Below, one piece after another: positions 52,678 through 64,000 of a DNA stretch of 64,000 nt; position 1 is the stretch's first letter; each line of letters opens with the position of its first letter. Origin of the DNA: Octopus bimaculoides (lineage: Eukaryota); NCBI RefSeq assembly GCF_001194135.2, contig NC_068983.1, forward strand, positions 63,145,371-63,209,370. Reading direction: 5' to 3'. The notes below the pieces were generated by a model. The model was not told where the DNA came from. It was given only the letters and a program-made list of their open reading frames with translations, and did no database searches. The position numbers and the translations under genes are program-made.

Positions 52678-53184
52678 GTGTGTGTGTGTGTGTGTCTTCA
52701 TATATATATAGAGAGAGAGGGAGAGAGACAGACAGACAAACAGACAGACAGGCAGAAAGAGAGAAAGTGGGAGATAGAGAGGAGGTGAGTGAAGAGAGAG
52801 ATAATAAAATAGATAGACTGATAGATGAATCTGTGACTGATTGCTTTTATCGATAGTTTGATTATCGTTTTCATCTAGAAACAGGATGCAGGCAATAGAC
52901 AATAAATAGATTTTACATGCATATCCTTAGTTCGAAGATGACGCTTCTTAAATCGTAACGGTGAAGATGGATGTTTTCATCTTCGGTCAATTGAATTTCT
53001 GTGTTCCTGAGATGTCTCTTGCATGTATAGAATGGTGTATACTGGTACCTCTGTTTATATCCAATTTGTATGATTTTCTTCAATATTTCTATGATTTTCT
53101 TCAATATATTAGTAACTATTTGCTTTTTATGTAAAAATACTCATAAGTCATTTCAAAGTTTTTACTACAATTTATTTAATGTGG

Positions 53185-53375
53185 CGTGTGGGCAAAATCG
53201 TTGGCACGCCGGACAAAGTGGTTAGCAGCATTTCATCTGTCTTTACGCTCTGTGTTCAAATTCCGTCTAGGTAGGCCTTGCCATTCATCCTTTCAGGATC
53301 AATGAACTGCGGTCAATATAATGGAATTCCTCTTCCCATAAAATGCCAGGCCTTGTGCGTATAGCAGGTAGAATT
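53185..53375 (+). mobile_element. SINE family C, decayed
   Basis: gttcaaattcc, cattcatcctttcaggatc and ggccttgtgcgtatag motifs. Confidence 0.7.
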
Positions 53376-53962
53376 ACTTATTTGATAAAAAGATGATTGT
53401 GGAAAAAGTGTATTGTGTGAGCTGTTATTGTTTGGATGTACATAAAATATACTGTATTAGTTTTGTTACCTAATCTGATAGTAACTGCTTTACGTATGTA
53501 CAATATGGTTTCTGTTATTGCATTGAGAATTAATGTTACTGTGCAGACGGTATACTGTGTTTGTGTTAATTTAAAGTATCTTACGTTGGTGTAATCACTG
53601 TTCGTATAGAGATGTCTTTGAATTGATTGATGCTATAAGTTCTGGTATACTCGTTTATGTTTGCGCTCACGTTCTTTCGTATCATACATAGGGTATCCAT
53701 AAGTTTTAGTACGGGTTTACCCCTACATCCGTCATCTTCCTTACTTATATGCCGAAAACGTGGTATTTTCATGTTTTGAGGTTTCTTACTCTTTTGTAGT
53801 TTTTGTGTGACACTTTGGTCAGATATGGTCAATATGTCTACTAGAGTACATATATTATCATCTTTGTCTTTCAACATAAATTGCCGGGTTTCTTTGATCT
53901 CGCTCTATCTCTCTCCTCTTCTCTCCATCTCTCTTTCGCTCTCTCTTTCTCTCCATCTCTAT

Positions 53963-54071
<109 letters not shown>

Positions 54072-55849
54072 TCTCTCTCCCTCTCAGTTTGGACAGACAT
54101 ACTCCCAATTATCATAGCTAGGTTTTGTCATATTTCATGCCTCTTTAAACCACTTGTCCACACTTTTCATATGGATAGGTTGGTATATTGTCCAGAGATA
54201 TATAATCCTTCTTCGTCATCTACGAGAATAGTTCTTTGGAAGAACTATGCGTTTAATAATTTTTTTCTGGTAATATTATTTTTAGGTGAGGTTGTTTAAT
54301 TACTTTTGTAATGTTTTGTAGTTAGATATTGTTTCTTTCCAAAAAAGTCGGAACAACATTTTGTTTTTAATCGACAGCATTTCAGCTTTTGCTTCCTTTC
54401 TTACCGATGCACATCTCTGTTAATTATACATTTTTTTTTCTTTTTTCATTATTTTGGGTTCCATTTTCAGTTTTCTCTTTTGTAAATTTTTTTTTTTTTT
54501 GAAGCTGTGGTTTAAGATTAAGATGGCTAGCGTTTTTATCCCTATTATCCTAGCAGCAACAAAACCTTCAACGGCAACAATAATAACGATAGCGACGTTA
54601 CCACTGAAAAGACAAAGAATTCATCATTTGCCTATGGCCCCCGGTCAATAAACGAACCGTTCAATCGAGAACAATAGTCAGTGAAAAATTCCAAGTGTTG
54701 TGATATCAAATCTGAGGAGATATTACATCTCTAGTTGAAGGGATGAACACTACCCCCACTCAAATGACCAGACCATTATTTACAGGTGTGTCAACCGATC
54801 AGACAGAAAGTTTCTGTCTCACGTTTCATCACAAATTCATAAATTCCCGCAAGAGGTATAGTTTGTGGTCACATAGTTAACAAAGGGAGAACACTGAACA
54901 GTGGGAGTCATATGTAACAGCAGTCAAGAATCCCGGAACATTGGTTACAACCAGTGTTCCTTCTTTGTAATTTGTCAAGATCTCACTTTTTTTCATGGAA
55001 TGTCAGGTGCCTAGTGTCAGAGTCGGCGACGCCTCCACGACTGACTGAGACCAGACCAGAGTTCTGAAAATAGTAGAGATACAGAAGAGAAAAAATATGA
55101 CTTGAGTTCAATCACCAACAGAACCGAAGGGGTACATCGCAAATATTCAAGGTTTTTATTACAATTGCTCTGGGAAGTGTGAGCAGATGCTGCCAGATGT
55201 TGAGCGTGGGAACCTTGAATTCTTCATTTGCTGTAAATAGACCACATTAGAATTTTTGTACATCATGGAAGATGTAGAGCGCAAAGAGATTATTTCAAAA
55301 ACCAACAAACACAAAAAAGACGCGTTTAAACATACAAGTCAATAATCATGTCACCACCACAACAACAACAACCATCAAAATACTCATAATAAGAGCAAAG
55401 GGACAGCAAAATCTATCACAATAGTAACAGTCCACAACATTGAGCTACAGAAACAACAAAAAATCAACTCCAACAACAATAACAAACACACGTAGGTGAA
55501 CTCTTCAATTTCACATTTCGAAATGGGTGAGATGTGTTGATGAAATTTCTGTATTTAAACACTTTATACTAACAATAGACATGGGTTTTGGGGCGTTTCC
55601 TATTCAAAATACACCAAAGTGTACAGACATTTGTGTGATGGAAACTTTTCTCTCAAAATGCAAAACACTTTGAAAGAAACACTTGTCAAGAAAGATTTTG
55701 AAAGGTCTTTCAAGGACCTTGAACAGACTTACCTCTAGCTTAGGGTAGGTGGCCACACACCCTTTCTTTTTTTCATTTCTTCCTAACATAGCTATTCTGT
55801 TTAACTGCACATAGCCTGGTGTCGGCAAGGATATCTGCTCAACTATTTA

Positions 55850-57085
55850 AAACCACTACATCCAGACTTGGTAGCCATCAGCAAGACCAGAATTTCCGAA
55901 GTGCTCTCATTCGCTTTCCATCTAGATGTCTATGATGCTTACAGGTAGATGGAGCCGGACACCCGGATTTCTGTAGACGTTTCAAGATATTCTTAAGAAT
56001 ATAGTGCTCACTTGTACTATCAAACAACTGAGATATCGTCTTAGCCTACATTGAGATATTGTGTGAATAAATGATGCTATATTGGGTGAAAAAGATATGC
56101 ATTACTTCTCAAACATTTCAATTATGCAAGTTATTGACATCTGACATCGTCTTTGATGGGATAGAAAGGTATTTTAGGAATCACAGGGAAATTAGTTTGG
56201 CGAGAGTCGATAGGACTATTATCAAACGCAGGAGTTAGTTTTATTAAAAAGAAAAATTAGAGCAATTTGCTTTGCTTTGGTAAATACATCATTATAGAAA
56301 ACAAAAGAACAGCTAATCAATTTATCAGCAGACGCACATATATGACGCATATTATACAATATCCAAGCAGCAAGATTGGACTCTGTCCATTTCCTAGGTG
56401 TGAAAGATGCTGCTTGCGATAGGGTGCGTGCGCTGAAAGATGAAAGCATGAAAGCTATACGATGGTCCATATGACAGAGGTGTAGTGTGCAAACAAAACT
56501 AGAGTTTGGTTTTTGACGAACACGGAGGAACACATGCTATCCGATTTCATGTAGATGTATTCAGAAAAGTGCTGCTGGATCAGCCTTTTGCTAAAATATC
56601 CGCGAATAGCGACGGATTGAAGACGGTGGACATTGATACTTACCTCAACTGCTACCAACCGCTGTTCTTTATATGCGCTGTTTCACCGCTCGTCTCTTTC
56701 ACAGAACTCCAGTCATGAATCAAGCGCAAATTGAAACCGGGCACCTAGCACCCAGAGTGCTGTCAGACGCTCACAGTACTCTGCCAGTCAGTCGATGGGC
56801 TCGGTGACTCTTCCATATGGCGTTCAACAGAGAATTAGTTTATGGATATGAGTAGCAATGAGTTCGGAGAAATTGGGAGTTGATGAAAATCAGTTGGTTG
56901 GCCTTTTTCTAAGGACTTTAGAGGTGGGACGCATGGATAATTTCCAGAAATCTCTTGCATGGCAGTGCTACTAAAGGAACATTGCCAATTCGGGATAAAC
57001 TCTAGAGGTATGTTATTGCCGTCAGTCACGCCTGACCGAGATACGCACAGAACGACGAAACTGTCTCGCACTTGTTCGTACACTT
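55850..57085 (+). mobile_element. Tx1/L1-clade LINE relic, copy A (heavily deleted)
   Basis: PDLVAISKTR (EN), DRVRALKDE..AIRW (linker), MDNFQKSLAWQCY..LPIRDKL..ETVSH (C-terminal). Confidence 0.75.
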
Positions 57086-58045
57086 TTGCTGACTAAAGTG
57101 TCTCTAAGCGCTTGGCATCTAAAGTGTCTCCAGTCGTGCAATGCGGTTGGTGGAAGTTCCACTTTGGAGTTTTATACGGGATTAGTGGAAGGCAAGAGCG
57201 ACGACGTACTCGGAGAGGTCTTGGGCATCGAGGGGGATCAAATATCTGGTCTCTTCTGGAGGACTTTAGGACCGGAAACTATGGATAACTTCTGAAATCC
57301 CTGGCCTGGCAGTGCTACCATGGTCACTGTCGGTTTGAGATAAGCTCTTCGGGCGCGGGTGTGCAGTCAGTCGAGCTTAACAGAGATGCACGCGGAAAGA
57401 TAAAACCGTTCTGCATGCTCTCGTACAGTGTCCGCGCATTGCTGACTTGTGGAGCTTTATCGAACAGTTATTGTCACGTGTAGGACGGATCCGGTTATCG
57501 TCAGAGTCCATTGTAAAGATCGTCCCGACACCGTCCTTTGGCCGGGAAGACAGGGTAAGTTTTCTCTGTCTGGTGGTTATGGCAAAAGAGGATGTGTGGT
57601 GAACGCAATTGGAAGGGTTGAAGATGGGTACCTTCCTCTTTTGCCAAGGCCTCATTGACTTTTTCAGGCTCCCACCTGAAAAGGAAAGTGAGGCTGGAGA
57701 GGGAGGCACTGTCATCCAGTAAGTTCGTTGAAAGGTGGGTAAATGTGACAAGAATGGCCCGCGTGAATGGGCCTACTTTAAGTCTGCGCCTGTAGGCCAG
57801 ATGTAAGGGAGAAGAGAGGGTTCCTTTCTGAGGAGCTGTTGGTGTTAAGGAGCCCAAAGTGCGTTAGGTCTCTTTGGTCACCTTACGGTGGAACTCCCCG
57901 CCTCCTTTTGGGGAAGCATATTGCTGATTTATTCTTTGCTAATCGTTGTGTTTGTTTGCTGTTTACACGTTTAACCTCACTATTTCTCGTCTGTGTATCA
58001 CCGTCTGAGTTTTGTATTCGGCCCTGTGGCCAATAAGGAAAGTAT
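57086..58045 (+). mobile_element. Tx1/L1-clade LINE 3' end, copy B
   Basis: STLEFYTGLVEG..MDNF*KSLAWQCY..KTVLHALVQC..KFVERW; 3' end ggccctgtggccaataaggaaag followed by (ATT)n. Confidence 0.82.
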
Positions 58046-58053
58046 TATTATTA

Positions 58054-58108
<55 letters not shown>

Positions 58109-58115
58109 CATCATC

Positions 58116-58186
<71 letters not shown>

Positions 58187-58233
58187 TATTATCATTATTA
58201 TTATTATTGTTAGTATTATTATTATTATTATAT
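58045..58233. repeat. (ATT)n/(ATC)n tract (LINE tail expansion)
   Basis: Seen directly. Confidence 0.95.
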
Positions 58234-58406
58234 AATCGTTAGGACGCCGGAAAATATGCTTAGCGGTATTTCACCCGTTGCTACGTTCTGAGTTCAAATT
58301 CCGCCGAGGTTGACTTTGCCTTTCATCCTTTCGGGGTCGATAACTTAAGTACCAACTGGCCTCCTCTCCAAAAAAATTTCAGGCCTTGTGCCTATAGTAG
58401 AAAGGA

Positions 58407-58455
<49 letters not shown>

Positions 58456-58460
58456 CATTA
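58234..58460 (+). mobile_element. SINE family C with (ATT)n tail
   Basis: Near-identical core to 25360-25500, with the ggccttgtgcctatagtagaaagg tail. Confidence 0.88.
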
Positions 58461-59147
58461 TGCTTTGAAACATAAAAAATAACCAATCGCCCAAGAAATT
58501 TTTTAAAAAACTGTAGAGAAAGAAAATTTGAATCATTCCAACAAAAAAAGTGTTAAGAATAGTTAAAAATAACAAAATAAAATTATGACAAACAAACAAC
58601 AGTGTAAGAGAAAACAAAAAAAAAGCAAATAAATAACATTTACATATTACAAAGTTATGCGGAAATTCTACAAAAGTTTCTTAATAAGAAAAGTATCTCA
58701 AAGAAAGAAAAATAAGCAAAAACATGAAATGCAAAACACAATTCCTAGTTTTTATATTTAATTTTTTTAAATTACATTTATAGAGACAGAAAAAAAAACA
58801 CGTCTACTTCATTAAAAGAAAGTACGTGAAACTGCAAGTGTTATTTTTTTTTTAGTAATAAATAGTAAATGAATCACGTTATTGTTCAATATTTCTGGGA
58901 GACATGATTTAAAATGTAACAGATGTCTTTGTATAGACATTGATTAATTTATCAGAAATTACAGTAAGAATATCTTGTTATATGTAGGTTTGTCAACAGG
59001 TGGGGTAAATGTAGAGTGACAAACTTAAAATCATATAATTACCAACAACGAAGACTCTGTAAGACAGGTTCTACGCAGTTGTTGGCGTGCAAAAAAAGTA
59101 GCCATATCTTAATCAAATTACACTCAACAGTCTTTAATAAGGAAAAC

Positions 59148-59534
59148 TGTTGTTGTTGGCACTCCGTCGCTTACGACGTCGAGGGTTCCAGTTGATCCGG
59201 TCAACGGAACAGCCTGCTCGTAAAATTAACGTGCAAATGGCTGAGCACTCTACAGACACGTGTACCCTTAACGTAGTTCTCGGGGATATTCAGCGTGACA
59301 CAGTGTGACAAGGCTGACCCTTTGAATTACAGGCACAACAGAAACAGGAAGTAAGAGTGAGAGAAAGTTGTGGCGAAAGAGTACAGCAGGGTTCGCCACC
59401 ATCGACTGCTGGAGCCTCGTGGAGCTTTAGGTATTTTCGCTCAATAAACACTCACAACGCCCGGTCTGGGAATCGAAACCGCTATCCTATGACCGCGAGT
59501 CCGCTGCCCTAACCACTGGGCCATTGCGCCTCCA
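59148..59534 (-). mobile_element. SINE family B, full-length, 10-bp TSD
   Basis: Matches 12185-12566; aataaggaaa at 59136-59145 and 59534-59543. Confidence 0.93.
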
Positions 59535-60434
59535 ATAAGGAAAGCAAACACTGGATAATGTACACTCAGAAATAATGGTGGTCACGGTTGGAGTACATTT
59601 GATCATAGGTCTGTTGGATGAAGATAAACCTGGAGCAAAATTACCTCACCAACGACATCTACTAATTTCCTTTTTCCATATTCTGACTTGAGATCCAACC
59701 GAAGAAGGTACCTTTTATATCATCGGAGTGGACAATATTTCTTCCCCTGCAACCTTCGGCTTTGTGCTGAATCCAACTAAATCAATACTTTATAGTTTCG
59801 TAAAATACTGTGGCAAGAACAAATTAGAGACAGTATTTAACAGGCTAAGAACTAAAATCAATGAAACTTATTTTTGTTCATTACTGTACATATGATAAAT
59901 TACATCTACCTCAATTTATAACCGTATCCAGGCAAGAAGTTTCTGCTTCGGTACAGTCGTAAGACTGATTTAGAAATATAACTTCTATTTCCCTCTTTCG
60001 ATGTAACCATTAGGAAATGACTGAAAGGTTTTGTTATATATAGCCTAGTTAGCGCGAGAGACTTTGTTGTTCATCCTTTCGGAGTCGACAAAATAAGTAC
60101 CAGTTGAGCACTGGTGTTGATGTAATCAAAATTTCAGGCCTTGTGCTTATAGTAGAAAAGAATATTATAAAAGACTATTCACTATGCAACAACCTCCAAT
60201 GCTCGTTTATGTAACACAGTAGAACTTCATGAAGAATGTTATAATGTGGATTATAGTTTTACGTTTCTAAAGATCAGTATGCAAAGCATCATACTTCTGT
60301 CTAATTTTGAAATTGTAAATTCAATTAATTAAAATAAGCCTTATTATTGTAAGAGTAATATTGATTTTAATTTTATTTTATTTTTAATTTTAAAATTATT
60401 TTTCGTCAGGAGACTCTTTTTTTCTTTTTACAAG

Positions 60435-60536
60435 GCCTCCGAAGCATGGGAGGAAAATATCTTCCATTTGGCGAGCTGCTCAGAATGCGAATGCTTGCAA
60501 TACAGTGAATTCCGCTGAAGACACCAAGTTTGTTAG
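60435..60536 (+). CDS. Candidate 102-nt host exon (PPKHGRKISSIWRAAQNANACNTVNSAEDTKFV), phase 2-2
   Basis: ttttttctttttacaag|G ... AG|gtattg; one open frame; an alternative upstream acceptor at 60409 is in the same frame. Confidence 0.3.
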
Positions 60537-62266
60537 GTATTGATGTTAAGCAGGGCGGCAGATGAAGTCTCCGACCCACATAATTCATTATGGGGTTTGA
60601 AATTATAATGCGAATAGCCAGAGCAAATACCACAAGTCTACCATTGATTGTTTCAATTTATTGCCTGTGAAAAAAAAAACTAAAAATAAAATTAGCCTCG
60701 GCGGGCACTAAACATAAGATGCAAAGTATCGGAACAAATATCATCAGTTTGTCTATTCTCTAACAATTCTTCAATTTAATTAGAATGTTAAATGTCAATT
60801 AAAGGGAGTATTCTCTTCATAAATTGATTCTCCTTGAATTAGTTGTCAATTTTTAGTTTTTTTATATTTGTCAATATTATGGTATTTCAAATATTTTAAT
60901 GAGGTGATATTTTTAATGAGTCATGTTTAAAGCAAATATTTTCCTTCGGAATATGTAACAAAACTGGTATAGTTGATGCTGGTTCTGAACAGATAGATAA
61001 ACGATAGCTTGCATTCATACAGCTATAGATGACTTGTTTCATTGAGATATAGTTCATATGAATTCATTTATTTCTCACTAGTTTTGTCGTTGGAACCCAG
61101 GCTACACGTAGACGTACATAGAGTCACTAGTATGTACAATTTTCCCTTCTCAACTGGAATGGTCCCTATTACCACAAATCATTAAATTTTCACCGTAAGT
61201 AGAGATAATTTTTAAAATTTTGTTTTGTAGGTATTTAATATAAACTTCTTTGAGTTATTTCTTTCTTTTAGTTCATTTCCGCTTCATACATACGTAAACA
61301 CACCAGCATCGGTTGTCAAGCGATGCTGGGGGGGGGGGGGGNNNNNNNNNNNNNNNNNNNNNNNNNNNNNNNNNNNNNNNNNNNNNNNNNNNNNNNNNNN
61401 NNNNNNNNNNNNNNNNNNNNNNNNNNNNNNNNNNNNNNNNNNNNNNNNNNNNNNNNNNNNNNNNNNNNNNNNNNNNNNNNNNNNNNNNNNNNNNNNNNNN
61501 NNNNNNNNNNNNNNNNNNNNNNNNNNNNNNNNNNNNNNNNNNNNNNNNNNNNNNNNNNNNNNNNNNNNNNNNNNNNNNNNNNNNNNNNNNNNNNNNNNNN
61601 NNNNNNNNNNNNNNNNNNNNNNNNNNNNNNNNNNNNNNNNNNNNNNNNNNNNNNNNNNNNNNNNNNNNNNNNNNNNNNNNNNNNNNNNNNNNNNNNNNNN
61701 NNNNNNNNNNNNNNNNNNNNNNNNNNNNNNNNNNNNNNNNNNNNNNNNNNNNNNNNNNNNNNNNNNNNNNNNNNNNNNNNNNNNNNNNNNNNNNNNNNNN
61801 NNNNNNNNNNNNNNNNNNNNNNNNNNNNNNNNNNNNNNNNNNNNNNNNNNNNNNNNNNNNNNNNNNNNNNNNNNNNNNNNNNNNNNNNNNNNNNNNNNNN
61901 NNNNNNNNNNNNNNNNNNNNNNNNNNNNNNNNNNNNNNNNNNNNNNNNNNNNNNNNNNNNNNNNNNNNNNNNNNNNNNNNNNNNNNNNNNNNNNNNNNNN
62001 NNNNNNNNNNNNNNNNNNNNNNNNNNNNNNNNNNNNNNNNNNNNNNNNNNNNNNNNNNNNNNNNNNNNNNNNNNNNNNNNNNNNNNNNNNNNNNNNNNNN
62101 NNNNNNNNNNNNNNNNNNNNNNNNNNNNNNNNNNNNNNNNNNNNNNNNNNNNNNNNNNNNNNNNNNNNNNNNNNNNNNNNNNNNNNNNNNNNNNNNNNNN
62201 NNNNNNNNNNNNNNNNNNNNNNNNNNNNNNNNNNNNNNNNNNNNNNNNNNNNNNNNNNNNNNNNNN

Positions 62267-62331
<65 letters not shown>

Positions 62332-62957
62332 CACGCAAACACACGCAAACCAATATACATACACATATGTAACTTTTAAAACGCTGAGTGAGGCAAAGGA
62401 ACTTCGATATGAGGAATACATAACTTTAAGGAGAGAGAGGGTTGATAAGTTGACAACAGTTATTCACATGCAGCGTTTCAGCAGTCCACAAAGGAACACT
62501 CCTCCCAACCACACATACATACATACATACATACATACATACATTCACATACAAATACACACACACACATACATACACACAGACGCATATATGTGTAATA
62601 TATAATGAGAGTGAACGTGTGTGTGTGTGTGTGTATGTCTGTCTGTCTGTCAGTGTCGCATCTTATAACGGTGTATCTAATCTCGGGTCTTTTCTGCTGC
62701 AGTCTCAGATATTTTGAAATTTTAAAATTACGTGAAAAGTTTCGAATTTTGTATACGCTGAATTCAAATTTGTTAATTATTTGCTCAAGTAAAATTATAG
62801 AAAAATAATGTTACAGAGGTTAAAGTTTGATGTATGAGTGACAAACCGGAAGTACTCAGTGATTCCAAAATCACTGCTAAGATTTACAAAACAAACTATA
62901 GATACTTTAAATGAGACAACAAAGTCGACCAAATCTGAAATGCTCATTTTTTCCCCT

Positions 62958-63060
<103 letters not shown>

Positions 63061-63292
63061 ATTGTTTCTATTTCTTCTTTCTTTTCGATTTCTTCATTCT
63101 TACTTTTCATTCTTTCTCTTTACAACCTGCTGCATTTTATGGAATTTTAATCCGAACTAATTCTACCCTGATGAATATATGAAATTACTGTTTTAATTTT
63201 AAGGTTTTAACTGGAATCTCTTGCTAGAATGCAAAGGCATCTAATTATTGTGGTGCCACATAGTGACATGCGTTTTTTCATGAAATCTACGG

Positions 63293-63736
63293 TTAAAGGT
63301 TGTCATAAGTTATCTCTCGGACCCCAACAAACAAAAACGAAAAAGCGAGGGAGGATGGCGTGGGAGTTGTGCTGAAATAGTCACTCTGACTTACGGGGAT
63401 CGCACTTGCGGAGAGCCAACGCCGGAAGTCTCCATGCCACAGTCTTGACCATAAACATGTCGGAGAGCGACTGATACTTAGCTTGCTTTTCTCAGCCTGA
63501 CGAGGAACGGAGCCTATGCTGATAGCAGCCTGCACCAAGTTACTTTCGGGAGGTGTCACAGCATGTAGAATCCCATATGAGTATGTCATACAGTCCCACC
63601 ATTTACCATCCCATCGGTCTAGCCCCGCTGGCTCGAGCTGGAAATGGAAGCGTCTAGGCCATGCTTTATGATCATGACAATTCATGGACGCCGAAAGAAT
63701 GCCCACTGGATCTGCAGCGGCATTCGTGAGGCTCAC
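63293..63736 (-). other. CpG-rich island with a 147-aa ORF of unknown origin
   Basis: About 50% GC and more than 20 CpGs within an AT-rich background; no recognisable protein family. Confidence 0.35.
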
Positions 63737-64000
63737 AGATAAGTTTGCCGAGGCTCATTGAAACGCTATACCTTTTTAAAAACACATTTAATTCTTACTA
63801 AAATGTTCAAATGTCTGACTTAATTCTTTTAAAGTTTTGTCTTCAAAAAAGCAATCCTTTGTTCATTTTAAGGTTATGATTGCGAACATGAAAATATTTT
63901 TAATATTTTGCACCAGCTTTTACATATCACAAACGGTTGGTGAGATTAAAACCGTTTTGCTAAGCACCGTTGACATCTTGATTCAAGTAAATGTATAAAT

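Noticed and set aside
54228-54248. 9-bp perfect hairpin ATAGTTCTT-TGG-AAGAACTAT
   Set aside because: Short and AT-rich, within chance expectation.

Overview
AT-rich, microsatellite-saturated eukaryotic DNA with several assembly gaps (N runs). The SINE families (a tRNA-Arg-headed SINE and a CORE-type SINE) and the repeat landscape point to an octopus genome; this is an inference. There is no prokaryotic content (no operons, CRISPR or rRNA) and no host gene can be named; only 2-3 isolated candidate exons were seen. The window is mostly transposon debris: one largely intact Penelope-like element (RT + GIY-YIG, about 15.7-18.6 kb), relics of RTE, CR1, Tx1/L1, HERO and other RLE-type LINEs, Tc1/mariner pieces, and three tRNA-derived SINE families. 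The most interesting signals are: (i) minimal hammerhead-ribozyme-like motifs, the best at 43926-43993 with a palindromic stem III, inside a unit bounded by ~70-bp direct repeats; (ii) a 216-bp direct duplication flanking a SINE; (iii) a 101-bp fold-back at the 5' end of the Penelope-like element; (iv) 3' tails shared between SINEs and LINEs; (v) RTE tails encoding C2H2 fingers; (vi) a 71-nt pre-miRNA-sized hairpin; (vii) an unexplained CpG-rich ORF island near the end. All alignments and folds were done by eye, so coordinates of decayed elements are approximate.
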